Source: Octopus vulgaris (taxonomy: Eukaryota). From it: a stretch of 64,000 bases of DNA. Position numbers and translations under genes: made by a program. The notes beneath the pieces were generated by a model. The model did not search any database. It saw only the letters and a list, made by a program, of their open reading frames with translations, and was not told the origin of the DNA. Position 1 is the first letter of the stretch. Each line of letters starts with the position of its first letter. The stretch lies in contig OX597819.1 of NCBI GenBank assembly GCA_951406725.2, positions 97,402,001 to 97,466,000 on the forward strand, given 5' to 3'. Shown piece by piece: positions 12,976-27,999 of this stretch.

Positions 12976-13800
12976 ATTGAAAGACAGATTGTGTAGAATA
13001 TGTGCTTTGTTGTTAGTGATACCGTTGACTTGCCTCAAGTTTGCTATCTCTGACAAAGGTAGCTTTGATCAGAGGTGTTCCAGCTCTGATCTTCATAGGC
13101 CACCCGTGACCTTTACATGCCATTTACAACCCAACATACCATCTAAACCGGCATTATATACCATCCAACACCAATATTCAGAATCACACACACACACACA
13201 TCTTAGAGGAAGTATATCAGGCATAATTCCAGTGACTGCAACAGTGAGTACTTCTGATTTAGATAAAACAAGCCATCTCTTATGATGCCTCCCTTTAGCA
13301 CTAAGCAGTAAATAACTACAAACTAGACTTTAATTTTATCACTGAAGCAAAGTTTTAGAGAGAAAGAGAGAGAGGGGGAGAGAGAGGTTGGGGATATACA
13401 TTTGACTGTTACAGGTGTGGTGTCTGTGTGTTTTGCTTACAACATCATCAGGTTAGGGAGTAGATAGATTATCTAACAGCAATGTAAAGTGAAACCAACA
13501 AACATCATAATGCCAAATGTTCATCGGTAGGAGCTGTACATACTTACCACCACCACCACCACCACCACCACCACCACCCATCACTACCACCACCACCATT
13601 GCAGCCATCACCACAGCTACGACCACTATTACTATCCACCATTACCACTATTCCAATGGTTCTTGAACTGACAAATACTACTACCTCACTTGCAAAAAGT
13701 GAAATTTTGTGAGTCTACACCTTCTTTTTTATTAACGAGAAAAGAAAAACAAACAAAAAGAAGAAATAATTGAAATATGTCTAAGTTAAGAATTAAATAT

Positions 13801-14192
13801 ACAGGTGTGGCTGTGTGGTAAGTAGCTTTCTTACCAATCATATGGTTCCAGGTTCAGTCCCACTACGTGGCACTTTGGGCAAGTGTCTTCTAACTATAGC
13901 CTCAGGCCAACCAAAGCCTTGTGAATGGATTTGGTAGATGGAAACTGAAAGAAGCCCATCGTATATATGTATATATATATGTGTGTGTGTATGTTTGTGT
14001 GTCCCCCTCCACATCGCTTAACAACCGATGCTGGTGTGTTTACGTCCCTGTAACTTAGTGATAAGAGACCGATAAAATAAGTACTAGGCTTACAAAGAAT
14101 AAGTCCTGGGGCCGATTTGCACGACTAAAGGCAGTGCTCCAGCATAGCCATAGTCAAATGACTGAAACAAGTAAAAGAGTAAAAGAGAGTAA
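13801..14192 (+). mobile_element. tRNA-derived SINE (family A), full length
   Basis: A box TGGCTGTGTGG, B box GGTTCAGTCCC, internal (TA)/(TG) tract, (GTAAAAGA)n tail. Confidence 0.85.
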
Positions 14193-15153
14193 AGAGATCT
14201 TCAAATTTGTCTGAAAAGAGATTCTCTCCCCTTTGATGATTTTTTTCCTGCAAGGGACCATCCAAAATAGAGTTTGCTTCCGTATAATTCTTCTCTCTTC
14301 ATCATGATGTTGGACAAGTTTAAAAAGCATAAAACCATTTTAATTTTATCTGTTTTATGCACAAAACAGCAAATCTGGTGAACATAAATTATCATCATCA
14401 CTGTCATTGTTGTCATCACCAGTTTATCAGCCACTTTTCCATGTCCACATGGGTTAGTCAGAATTTCTATGGCTGGATGTCCTTCCTGTCACCAACCCTC
14501 ACCTGTTTCCAGGCAAGGTAATATTTCCCATAACCAGACACCATATGATGTCAAGGCAAAGAGACCACAGTAAAACACATATGTACACACACACATACAG
14601 ACCCCGCCATACACACACAAATGTGATGGGCTTCTTTCAGTTTCTGCCTATTAAATCCACTCACAAGGCATTGGTTGATCTGAGGCTATAGTAGAAGACA
14701 CCAAAAAGTGTCCTGCAGTTAGACTGAATCTAAAACCATGTGGTTGGGAAACAAGCTACTTACAACACATCCTCACTAAATTCAGATATTATAGAGCCTT
14801 ACTGAGGATGAAAAAAGAATGTAAATATAGTCTTTCTGTGACAGTTATGTGCAAAAAAAAAAAAAATCAAAACAAAAGAATAGGAAGAGAGTCTCCTGAT
14901 TGATCAGTTCAGAAGTTGTTGACTTGCTCCTCAGAGCATATTCAACTTCTTCCCCCAGTCAACAGTATAGAGCATTCAGCTAACATATTAAACAAGAAGA
15001 AATTCAGGTATGCCTTCTCTGAGGAGTGATCACCAAACTGTGAGATGATCTGTCAGTTTCAACTCCAACAACAGCCATCCCGTCATATGTCACACTAATG
15101 ACCTAACATTCACTCCAACATTTTTCTAGAATAAACTGCCAAAAACTGCTTAA

Positions 15154-15350
15154 CCCTTTCGTTATCAACCTGGCCGAAACCAGTTCTGGCTCTGAGTACA
15201 AATGTCTTGTTTTCATAAATTTTCCACCAAACCTTAGTCACAACTTAGGTTCCTGAATGATAACTAAGTTATTTTACTAAATTCTTTGTTAAATTTAAAT
15301 TAATTGGAAGAAACACAGAGCATCTCAAAATAAATACATTAATGAAAGGG
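15154..15350. mobile_element. piggyBac-type MITE (197 bp)
   Basis: TTAA|CCCTTTCGTTA...TAATGAAAGGG|TTAA. Confidence 0.85.
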
Positions 15351-17970
15351 TTAAAGAAAATGGGCATATAGAACACAGTAAATATATGCATATGTTGTTG
15401 TCATCATCGTCGTCGCTGTCATTGTTGTCATCATCATCATCATCATCGTTTTAATGCCTACTTTTTCATGCTTGGATGGGTCAGACAAAATTCATTAAGG
15501 TAGATTTTTGTCTGACTGGATGTTTATCCTGTCAGTAACTCTCACCAGTTTCCCAGCAAAGTAATATGCGTGTTTCTCCCAGACTTTCAAATCAAAACAG
15601 AGCACTGGCCACATATGTCTTTTCAGAAGATTGCAAATATACTTATATGATACTGCTTGAATGATGATGATGTTTGTTTACAATTAACATGCAATATCAA
15701 GACTAGAACATACACACATGCACATGTGCATACATATGCATGTGCTTGCACAAACACCATTGTTATATTCATTGTATTTATCTGTATTAGTTTTCCTTTA
15801 TGTAGTAGAAATGGTTTCATGTAGCAATTTATCTTATAAATCATAATTAACTTTATACAAGATATTAGTCTTATTAGAAAATATGAATCTGTTTTTAGAA
15901 CTTCTAAAATTTCTAATATCAGATTTTAGTTTAGCATGAAAATGGTTACAGTCCTTTCATAAATATCCACCCAAGATAAAAGATTTAGCTCCTTTTGAGG
16001 CAAACCTTGGTTTAGTAACTAATGTAAGATTTTGTAAGTACTATAACCATTTTCAAGCTAAACTATCTGATATTAGAAATTAGATATTAGAAATCTCTCT
16101 TTTGAAAACCATTTCTGCTACACCATCCTTCCATATAAAATGTGAGGTAGTTATGAATCTATTCCATAGCTATAAACCTGTTCACACTCCTTGCCATCAT
16201 ACTTTAGCCTCACAACACCACACATAAGCTACTATCTGTCTATGCTTCATCTCCACAGAGGGAACTCTTTCATCTTGCAAATTACAAAGCAATCTTTGCT
16301 ATTGCTAATGGATTAGAAAAGAATTTAGTACACTCTGGAAAATAGTTGGCATTAAGGAGGTTAATCAGCCATAAAAACTATGTCAAAACTGAGACATTAA
16401 AACAAGATGTCGTCCTCCAGTTTGCTGGATCCTGTCAAAATGTCCAACCCTTGTCAACATGGAAAGTAGGTAAGAAAATGAAGATGACAACAACAACAAC
16501 AAACATGATGACAACTGACCAAAGGTTTACAGACAAGAATCAAATTTTCATGTTTGTATTTCTCTGAGTAGTGAGAAAATTTAAATGGGTTTTGGGCTCA
16601 GTTGCTTTCCCCCTTCAGAGCCTCATACATGTCTCTACTATTAGCTAGAACAAAAATATAATAGAACATTGTTACCATCACTTAAAGTAATCATGGTTTT
16701 CTTTGAGAAAATCATATCATAATAGTTCCAACAGGATTTAGGTTAATCTCAAAATTACATAAGGCAGATTAATTCTTTTATAATTCAGTAAAATTTCTGC
16801 CAGAAATTCTACATTTTAACTGAAAGAAAAACAGTATTTCTAACCAAACCTTAACAGATTTTGGCACGGTTTATTTAATTATTTAAAAAAGAAAATTATT
16901 TTTTAATTCTTCTCTTTTGTTGTTAATTATTTATTTAAATACAAAAGTAGAAAGAGAAACAATTCTATTATCCATGTTTGCAACATGGTTAATTATTTTT
17001 CTTTTCTAAAGTTGTTTTTTTACTTATACACTTCAAAGATATTTTCCTGTCTGTAAACAGGTAAATAATTTGCTCTCACCTTGAGACTGAACGAGTTTTA
17101 AACTTACTGATTGTTTTTGTTTATATAAGAGCGGGTATTTAGCGTAATGTTCTTGACAATCGCTTAGAAAGAACAATTTAATTATTAAAAGTTACCTAAG
17201 TAAATAATTAACAGTGCATGATAAATTGTCGGACCACCAAAGCTCAACAATATCAAACTATACTGCTTCTTTGATAAGAAATTATTTGTAGGTATTCACC
17301 TGGTTACTAATTAAAAATTGTTAGGATCGAGCCCATGAGGTACAGTTTTTTAATTTATAGATCATTTCATACCTTTGTAAACAGGTTATGTATGTTTAAT
17401 TTTACATAAAGGGAGTCTTTGACTCAAAATAATTAAAACTTTCATGTTTTGTTTTCTTTAACACTGTTTTAATCCATTTGATCTCTGTAACTTTTAGGTT
17501 TTGCAACTCCAATCTTCTTGAAGGTGAGAACTCACTGAAGTATGATATGGGTGGAGCCCAGTTGCAGACCTGTCTTTATGAAAACTGTTCTTGCTGTGAT
17601 GAAGGAGGGAGAAAGATTCAAGGTGAATGAGAAAGTTGTTTAATAGCTGTCTCTATTACCTTTGAGATTATCTATGTGCTATGTATATGTGTGTGAATAT
17701 ACAGTAAATATGGTGTCTTTTGCTGAATTTGGATTCAGTACTTTTGATTTTAATGCAGTGTTTCAACATTCTTAGCCATTTCATCACCATCCAATATGAG
17801 GAAGGGTTGCACCAGTACAAGGCTAATAATACTCATTTACAGCTGAGAAGGTTGGAGCAATGTGAAATAATGTGCTTTACCCAAAGACACAACCTGATAC
17901 TTGGTTCAGAAAGTGAACCCACAGACTTATGATTGTAAGTCAAACACTCCAAATGACCAGGCCATGCACC

Positions 17971-18012
<42 letters not shown>

Positions 18013-19561
18013 GACACACATGTATAATGTGTTGAACTGGCCAAGTTGTTAGAGCAATGAATAGACTGTCTCATGGTAATATACTGAGCTTCTGCATTCT
18101 GAGGTTGAAATATTGGTGAAGCCAACTTTGCTTTGCATCTTTTCAAGGCCAGTAAATAAAGCACTATTCTTTTACCGGAAAGTGTGTGTGTGTGGGGCGG
18201 TCAATTCCTTTTTTCTCTCAGTCTTTCTTTCTGTCTGTCTCTCTTTCTTTCTCTGTCATGTCTGAAAATACCCAAGATACACCATATGTTATGACTCTAT
18301 CTCATGACACTTTCTGACTCCATCAGGAGTTGAGGGCCGAAGCAAGGCATATTTTAACATCCACTTTTCTATACTTGAATGAGTTAGGCAAAATTTGTAG
18401 AGCTAAGTTTTCTTCCTGTAGCCAACCCTAACATGTTTCCAAAGGCCAGGCATATTTTTATGGAAGATTGTAGTTGAACAACACCCTTTGTATGATGGTG
18501 ACATTTGCTGACAATTAGTACATGGTCACAAGACAGGTAGACATACACATATCATGTGTGTGTGTGTGTCTATGTATGTATGTATGTATGTGTGTGTATG
18601 TATGTATGTATGTGTCTATAAGAAAAATCATGCAATATCTATGTATAGTATAATATAAATGACAAATCTACCATAAACCAAGAAACCAAGAACTCTCATA
18701 CAAGTTCCATCCTATGAGAACTAGAACTTCAATGAAGAACAACTTAGAAACACAAGAACACAAAGTACAAAAGATTCATAGCCAGTAAGTACATCAAATG
18801 TATACATCCATCATCAGCTGTCTAATAGATTTCATTATAGTTTTGACCCCTGGGCAGTATTATTCAATCCAGTAATGTCAACAGCATCAAAATCATAAAC
18901 ACTGTTTGGGAATCAACAGAAAATAAACAGGAGTGGAATATTAAAGCAATATATTCATTTTGTCTACGCCTGCTTAATATTACAAATACAAATGTCAAAT
19001 CTCAAGCATAAATCATCTTATACTTATAGCTACAAAGCACAGGCATTTAAAAAATACTACATAGAAAAACAGAGAAATATCTACAAAATGGACAATGCCA
19101 CCACAAGAATTATAGAACTTAATATGAACTAACACACTGATTGTATTAAACAAAAATTATTGCACACGTACAAAAATATGAGTATACATTTCTATATATA
19201 TATATGTATATATAAATATTATCAATACTACATACTTAAGGTACATGTGTTGTTTAAACATCATGTGTGGCATTTTAAATAGGAAAATCCCTATTAAAGA
19301 TGTATAGTATTAAAAAAAAGCAGAATATACTTCATAGATAGGTATGTGTTTTACCTCTTTCTTAACATTATCTGTCTTTAAAGGGATTTTCTTGGGTGAA
19401 AAACTGCAGCTTCTAACATTTAAACAACATATGTATGCTAAATATGTTGCATAGATAAGGTTTACATTGTAGAGCTGCTTTTATTGTATAACTTGAACTT
19501 ATAAATACACACACACGTGTATGCTCACACACACATGTGTATGTTCACACACACACACACA

Positions 19562-19778
19562 CAAAGGGGCGCTGAAAAGTTCTTGGCTTCGGATAAAAGA
19601 AAATACAGGAGGCTCAGTTAGTTATGATTTTATCCAACATATCCCCCTCTCAGATTCACACTCTTATTGCAAAGGTCCTTCAGTTTTTCTAAACCTTGTA
19701 AAAAGACTGAGAAGGTTGGGCCTCCAACTAGGCCTTTCACGATGCCCTTAAAGCCAGGAACTTTTCAGTAACCCTTTG
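19562..19778. mobile_element. Mariner-type MITE
   Basis: Imperfect TIRs CAAAGGGGCGCTGAAAAGTTCTTGGCTT / AAGCCAGGAACTTTTCAGTAACCCTTTG, TA at the right end. Confidence 0.75.
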
Positions 19779-19779
19779 T

Positions 19780-20197
19780 ATATGTATGTCAATATATATA
19801 TGTATATACATATAAATATGTAAACATGTAAGTATGTGTGTGTGTGTGTGTGGTGTGCACATGCATGTCTTTATGTGTGTATGTATTTATGTATGTATTT
19901 GTATTAATAAGTTTGTATGTATCATCATCTCATAATTCTAGCAGACATAAAATGATCATACACAGACACAAACATGTGCACACACACATACACACATGCA
20001 TACATCCATACAGATGTACATATGTGCTAACATATATCCATATATACAAGTAAATATCTGTATGTATGAATGTGTGAGCGCATATATATATATGTGTGTG
20101 TGTATGTGTATATATATATATATATATATACATATATCATATATATATATATATACATATATCATATATATATATACATACATACATACATACATAT

Positions 20198-20233
<36 letters not shown>

Positions 20234-20280
20234 CATGAACACACACACACACATGTGGCACATATATAAATGTGTAAATT
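19780..20280. repeat. (TA)n/(CA)n/(TACA)n microsatellite field
   Basis: Directly visible. Confidence 0.9.
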
Positions 20281-21403
20281 TACATGCATGCATAATGATA
20301 GTACTGATGGTACAGCCAGTAACAGTATTGCTGTTTAGATAAAAGTATTTTTTACAAGAAAAACAAATAATGATTATGAAGAAAGCAAATAAAACATAAA
20401 ATTAATAACTTAACTTCAGTGACATTGTGTGGTGATAAGGGACAATTATGCCAGGGCCAAAACACAATAAGGGTGCAACTGATTTTTAGAATCCTGAGTT
20501 CGGAATGCAATCAAGTGAATTGTTTACCAGAAAGTTTCAGTGTCGTGTCGAGAGATAACTGTCCTCAGGTGCACCATTGACACAAAGTAATTGTAACCAT
20601 TTTTAGTTGGTGGCCATGATACAAGTGAAATTACAGACTGGAAACTATTTCACTAAGGTCAGTAGTTCTTTACAAGTGAGAGTTAGTCACCTAATGACTT
20701 AGGTCAGTGTAATCGTCTGAATTGTCTAACACTGTGATTGTCTCTCGCCTGGACATACTTCAGAGAATATTGTTCAAACTTAGTTCAACTAGCTACTGTT
20801 ATATTTGGTGTATATGATGTAATATGTTTGTAAATAGTAAAAGAATAAAACAATTAATGGTGTGTAATTGAGAAACTAATTCTGATATTACAATTGATGA
20901 AAGGTGTTTATTCTTAAAATCATACAAAGTCATCATCATCATCATCATCTATAATTATTTCCCATTTGCCTTCATCCTTTACTTTCTTTTCTCTGATCTC
21001 ACCACTTTTCCCTATTCTTCTTCTTCTTCCCTGCCTTTAACCCTCCAACGTGGAGTATAGGTTACTTATAGTTGATTCCATGTCACATAATTTTTCGCTT
21101 CTGTACTTATACTCTGCACTCTGCCATGAATGTCCCCCTTTCTCTAGTTCCTTTTGTGTTGATCTACACCACAAGTTCTTAGGCCTACCTTTCTTTCTAT
21201 ATCCATCCGGATTCTACTGTAAAGCACTTTTTGCTACATTTGGTATGTCTTTTCTAATTGTGCTACCAATCCACTTCTACTTTTTCTTAAATATTTGCTC
21301 CCTAATCAAAACTTGATTTGTTCTTCGCCATAGCTCCATATTGCTTATGTGTTTTTATTCAAAGTTTTTTATTCACTATATTCCCTATATCTACCATTAA
21401 TAT

Positions 21404-21704
21404 GTTTGCTCCTTCTCGAGCCATGTCTGGCTCATAAGGACCGGTTTCCTGGTTTCCTTGGCGTATAGGTTCCCCACCTGGACGGGACACCGGTACGTCA
21501 CAGGTGAGCTGCAAGATGCAGGAGGAAAGAATGAGAGAAAGTTGTGGCTAAAGAGTCAGCAGAAGTTCGCCATTACCTTCTGCCGGAGCCGCGTGGAGCT
21601 TAGGTGTTTCACTCATAAACACACACATCGCCTGGTCTGAGATTCGAACCCGTGATCCCTCAACCGCAGGTCCGCTGCTCTAACCACTAGTCCATGTGCC
21701 TCCA
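21404..21704 (-). mobile_element. tRNA-derived SINE with 13-bp target-site duplication
   Basis: CTACCATTAATAT at 21391-21403 and 21705-21717; minus-strand head TGGACTAGTGGTTAGAGC..GGTTCGAATCT. Confidence 0.88.
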
Positions 21705-22699
21705 CTACCATTAATATAAATACCTTTCACAATGTTCCCCAACTGCAGTCTACCACAGGTACTTTCTCCATCAGTCTGCCTCTGCCACAGTTACTTTGTC
21801 TCATCTTCCCTTGTTACAAATACCCTCTACTGCCTGTCTCTGTACTTTGCCTAACTACAAGTACTCTCTCTAGTTTTCCTCTACCTTATGTAACTCCACT
21901 GACTATGTCTGCCACATGTAGCTTCCCCATGTTTTTCTACCATAGATACCATCAATTGTCTTCCTTGCTCACATATGCCTTCCTCAATACAGGGACTTAT
22001 CAAGTTTTGTTAACATTATGCTTTTTCCATTCTTTTTACGCCCTTTTACCATTAGCATTCAACTCTTAATTTTAATAGATAGAAAAAGTTGTTTATCATT
22101 TCTAAAATGGCTTTTATTGCTAATATTGTAATTCACTGTGAATTTTTACATAATGTTAGTGTTATTGGTAAATATTTTTCTATCTAGTTTTATGTTCTGA
22201 GGTATAATGTATAGTAATGGCTCCTTATTGCAAATACAAGGCCAGCCAAACATTTGTGTGTCTGACATAGCAGTTTAAGTTAGATTTTTTTCTTATATTT
22301 ACATTCTTTTATTGCTTACTTAAGGAACATTCCTATGGTCCATAGATTTGTAGTTTGTGTTGATGAGGTTTTTAATTCCGATACATCTGTAATATACTTT
22401 TACTGATCATTTGCAATTGGATGTAATATATGCTGTGTTCTGTTTTATTTATTTGATAACTCTATAAAGATCATATTATTAATATGAATATTTATTTATA
22501 ACCTGAATATTTACTTCATGCAGGATACACAATGTAGGTATTCTTTGTTTCTACCGGGTGTTGTACATGTTATATTTGTGGAGGTTGTTTTGTTTTTGTT
22601 CAACTATTTGTTCTTACAAGTATGATGCTTCTCATCAGTTGACCATGTATTTATAATAAGAAGCCAGAGCAGCACATCATACTTCAGAAAATAATAATA

Positions 22700-23167
22700 A
22701 CTGTTTCAGATTTTGGCACAAGGCCAGCAGTTTTAGTGACAGGAGATTAACTGGTTACATCAACCCCAGTATATGATTGGTACTTTGTTTTATTGATCCA
22801 GAGAGGATGAAAGACAAAGTTGACCATAGAAGTATTTGAACTCAGAATGTAAAGAATCAGGAGGAAAACTATTAAGTACTTTATCCGATATACTGATGAT
22901 GTTGCGTATACTACTACTACTATCACTGATGATGATAATAATAATAATAAACAACAACAATAATAATAATAGTTTCTACTAAAGGCACAAGTCCTGAAAT
23001 TTGGTGGGAGGGAACTAGTTGATTACACCAACCCCAGTACTCAACTGGTACTTAATCTATTGACCCCAAAAGGATGAAAGGCAAAGCTGACCGTGGTAAA
23101 ATTTGAACTCAGAATGTGAAGATGGACAAAATGTTGCTAAGCATTTTGCCTAGCATGCTGCTGCTGT

Positions 23168-23205
<38 letters not shown>

Positions 23206-23360
23206 ATAATAATAATAATAATAATGATAATAATCCTTTCTACTATAGGCATAAGGCTTGAAAACTTGGGGGAGAGGGCTTGTCAATTGACCTCAGTACT
23301 TGACTGGTACTTTGTTTATCAACCCCAAAAGGATGAAAAGCAAAGTCGACCTTGGTGTAT
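22700..23360 (-). mobile_element. Cluster of three family-B SINE copies separated by (TAA)/(TAC) tracts
   Basis: Three repeats of GGCACAAG..CCCCAGTA..TGGTAC..GGATGAAAG.CAAAG. Confidence 0.75.
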
Positions 23361-24719
23361 AATAATAATTATTTAAAAAAATGTTTTCTGACCATGCTAG
23401 CATGGATTACTGAAACTTATTGAGGAATTTTTTCTACAGCTGGAATGTCTTTCTGTCGACAACCTTTATTTGTTTCCAAGTAAAGTGCCATTTCTCCTAG
23501 CGTTTCAAATTATCTGCTCAATGGGTGGATCTGTTTTTGGAGCAGACATAAACAGTGGCACCACCTATCCTGATACTGTTTTCTGCAGTATTAGGACAAT
23601 ATCAAAGTGTGTACACACAAAAATTTATAATAGGTTTCTACAATTTTCATCAACCAATTTCAATAAAGTGTCGATCAACCCAAAGCTATACTAAGTAGAT
23701 AATCATTACTTGATAATACAATTATCACAAATGAAATTGCATATAAAGAATTTGAGCAAAGTAAGCTATATTAGTAGTAAAACACAATCAATAAATTAAG
23801 ACATATAACACCCTAATAATAAACATTGGATAATTACTAATTGCTGAAAAATAAATTGGAGTTGTAAGTGAAAATTTTTAATTTGCTGATAACAATTTTT
23901 GTAATTCCCACTTGGTGTAAAATAGTAGTAACACCTATCACTCAACTTTATTCATCCAGATGATAAAACTATGAAGGTCTAAAACCATCAATCGATGTAG
24001 AAACTTAACTAAAGACAAATAAGGAAGTTTTGACGTTCCCTTTTCTATACTCATGAATCAGATGAAATTTGTTCAGGCAGATTTTCTGTGGCTGCATGTT
24101 TTTCCTGTTGCTAAGCTTCATCTGTTTGCCAGCAAAGTCCTTTGAATGTGAACAGCACCATGGCTGGACATGTTTTCATAACAGATTGTAAACAAATGAT
24201 ACCACTTGTATGTTGGTAGTTAGCACATGGTATTGCTGAGAAAAGAATGTACAAAGACATTCACATGACAGACTTCTTTCAGTTCCTCTTTACCAAATAC
24301 ACTCACAAGACTTTGTTTGACTATAATAAAAGACATTTGCCAAGGTGCTGAGCAAAGAGACAGAACTAAATACCATGTGATTGCACAACTAACTTCTTAA
24401 CAACACAATGTGGTAAAAATAGTACTTGCATACCAAAGGTAGAGCACAATAGTAATTTATTGAAGCTGAAAAACATTCACAAAATGTTACTCGTAGTTTT
24501 ATATAGCTAATCCTCAGAAAGTTGTGAGACTGTCTGATGATCTCAAATGACAACAAACTGTAAAATAACAATCTCAAAAACTCCTAACCAACCCATCTTA
24601 GTATGGATAAGTGAATGTAAAAATTATTCTGATCACACACACACACACACACACACCACACATGCATATACGTACATAAGAAATAAAATAACAGAAACTG
24701 TATATTAAAAGTACTGGAT

Positions 24720-25828
24720 GTGGGAGGTACTTGAGAATATATTTTGTAATTTAATGAAACAACTCTAATCTAGCAAAATTTTAATTCTAATAAAAATTAG
24801 TGCATGTGTTCTCAATAAGCTTTCTCATAAGATTTTTCTATGAATCCAGCTTCAGCTTTGATGATTGCTTCAATGCAGAACTGCAATAGTGGACATGCCA
24901 ACACTAAATGATCTGTATTCATCATCATTTGGACAATGGTAACCTCCAGTGAAGCTATGGTATTGTGAGGATGTTGATTAGTTTCCCTTTCAGCAATGTT
25001 CCAAACATAGTAGTCTATGAGATTTAAAATTTGGCAAGTTTGAAGATCACAAGATTGGTGATATATGATTGTAAAGATTGTCTGATATCCCTTCTTGAGT
25101 TATGTGAACTTTGTGAGAAGGTACTGAGTCTTGTTGAAATATATGGAACTTCATCCATCCAGAGCTTAACAACTGTCTGCAGCACCTCAAAGTATCTTTC
25201 TGCAGGGCCTAATTCTTAGACCCTGTGGAAAGATGTGAGGTAGCATGTCATGGCTTACATTGCTGGAAACTTAGTGTGCATCACTCTGGAAATAGTTGAA
25301 GGATCTGCATATAACCATCTGTTACTTCTCTTGTTAGATTTTTGGTGATTATAAAAGAGAAGAACCAAAGTATGCCATACATTCAAGAGGGTTTTTAACC
25401 TTGTTAAGCAGCAGGGATCAAATAGTTTTCCTATGACTTTTCAGATGTAATCTGGTCTTTTCTCAGCCCATAAAACTTGTACTGAATATCCTTGTACACC
25501 TCAGTTTTGATGATTCTTTGGTGATGGCTCTCATTGATTTTCCGAGAATGTTATTCCTCTTTGATACAGTTGAAACATCACCACCAGAGTCTTCCATTTC
25601 CATTTGAACATTGTATACAAAAGATCCAGCAACATTTAGAAAGTTAGCATTTTTTAAATCACTATTTTCCACATATATGGCAAGCAACGATGACTGCACA
25701 TCTTTTCATTTCTTGTGTTAGCATTTTATCTGCCATGGAGATCCAAAACAGACAAAATATTTTTAATTGGTTTGAAGGGAGTAATACACTGATAGTTAAA
25801 TGTCCACAAATACCCCTTGAACCCTGTA
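24720..25828 (-). mobile_element. Decayed Tc1/mariner (maT/DD37D-like) transposon
   Basis: Minus strand begins TACAGGG; N-terminus MLTQEMKRCAVIVA..FLNVAGSFV; degenerate PxxxNLxDYYVW motif near 25000-25060; homologous to 31770-32850. Confidence 0.6.
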
Positions 25829-27686
25829 CAATACTGTTGGTTTCTATTTGATAGATTTCTCATCTCAATCTATTTAGAAGCAATGTGGAGTCACTCATAC
25901 ATGATTAGTTAGTACTGACATAAAGCAGTAAAAATTGCATAATTGGCAATCCATATAAATATATACATTTGCAGATCTTTGCAACCCATGTCAGTGTTAA
26001 AATAAATTATATAATGATATTTATTCACTGACTCTAAGTAATTATGCCAAGTAGCCTGAATATTTCAATGTTTGGCCATTATTCTATGCTGTAGTCATTG
26101 TTTATTCTGGGCTTAAATAATCCAGTTTTGAGCCTTGCAGAGGAGATGACAAAGGACTGAGACAATTGATGAAATGCTATGCTAGAGAAGACCCAGCCAA
26201 CAACAAGTAAAATCCATGTCCATGATTCCCTCCCTTCCCCACAACCCATCTATGCTCACCACCACTTTTTCCCTCTTTCATTCTCCCTCACATATCCACC
26301 TACCTACGTACACACAATATGCCCAGCTAAATCCCTCCCCTTCTACCTCCTATTCTCCTTTTGAACTTACCCATCTACATACCCTCTCCAATCCCAGTCC
26401 ACTTCACTATACACATCACCCTGTAACTTGGGTGTATGGCCTCTGCCCCTCTCTGTCACACCTTCACCATCTTTCTCTCCATCTGAAGATATCAGGTCTC
26501 CCTTTAAATGCAACAGACCTTTCTGTCCCTCAATAGTATACCCTGCAGTTGGAGGAGAGGGGATATCTTGTCCTGCAAGTGACCTCACTGCTGTTGGTGC
26601 CACATAAAAAGCAGCCAGTACACTCTGTAAAATGGTTGGCTTTAGGAGGGGCATCCAAAACCACACCAAAACAGGCAGCAGAGCTTGGTGCAGTTTTGTG
26701 ACTTGACAGTTCTTGTCAAACCATCTTATCTATGCTAGCATAGAAAACCGACATTAAATGATAATGATGATATACCTATTATAAAATTAGTTTTGACTAT
26801 CAATTTAATTCTTTAATTTTCACCTGGCACCTTATTTAACTAGTTGAATAAGTCAAATAAGTCCCATCCAAAATGAGTTTAATAAATGAATTTGTTTCTA
26901 CAATCAACGAGTCTTCACCTCCTATTATTCTTAAAAGTACTCATGTGCGTGTAATTATACCTTCATCATTTTGCATCTACTTTTTATGCTAGTATTCACT
27001 GAACAGTTTCACAGGATCTGATGAATCAGAGGAATGTATTATACTCCAATGTCTGTTTTGGTATGGTTTTAAGGCTTGATGTCTTTTCTAAAACCAATCA
27101 GATTAGAGTGTATAGGATACGTTTTCTCCTTGGCACCAACACTAGTAAGGTCACCTAGCAATTTGCAAGAATAAAGACCTTCTGTGACTGGATGAAATAC
27201 GAGAGTAGGATGACTTTAGATGAGATCCCAAGAGAGGCTAAAATATGATGAGAGGAACAGGTCAACAGTGAGAGTGTGGTAGTGAAGAGAGTAACAGGGT
27301 ATACATCACAGGCGAAGAGTATTTGTAATTGACAAAAGAAAACAAAAGGGATTAATATCAAGGGTTAGTGAGAGAGAGAGAGAGAGATAAGGGGAAAGAG
27401 TGTGATAAGGGTGATGAGCTGGGTTGTGTAGAGTTCTCTAATATTACCAGGGTGAATATGGGTGCAAGGTGTGAGGAGGAAGGAACATAACAGAGAGAAA
27501 TTGGAGAAGAATCTAAAGAGAGCCAACTGAGGGCAGGAGAGATTTGAGGATTGTGGAGATAGGCCAGAAAGAGAGAAACTAGAGGGTATTGAGGAGGCAA
27601 AAGTACTGTGAGAGAAAAAAATGCAGAGGGTGAATGTAGTAAGAATAGTGATAGAAAGGAAGGATGGAGTGTACTATAGCAGTGGG

Positions 27687-27730
<44 letters not shown>

Positions 27731-27999
27731 AACCAAGCGGGGAAGCTGTGGAGAAAATACAGTGGAAGAGAGATTATTGGGTATCACTGAGGGGGTGGAG
27801 AGAGAAAGAAAAGCTAGAATGTACACCTTGCACCCATAGACATGGGATAGAGAGCAGCATGAATGCAAATAAAGCATATTTGGGACGGAGGCAAAGGTGG
27901 AGTAGTGGATGAGTATAAGAGCAGTAACAAGAAAGCTGGAAAATACCATAGAAATTGGAGTAAAGAATGAACAAATATATATGTGTACACACATATTTC

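Noticed and set aside
12783-12996. PolyI/polyS/polyV ORFs
   Set aside because: Compound trinucleotide microsatellite.
21630-21704. tRNA gene
   Set aside because: tRNA-like head of a TSD-flanked SINE; no clear acceptor stem.
21980-22690. Possible Penelope-like remnants (also 18600-19460 and 20350-20900)
   Set aside because: Only a faint resemblance; I could not read a diagnostic GIY-YIG or RT motif by eye.
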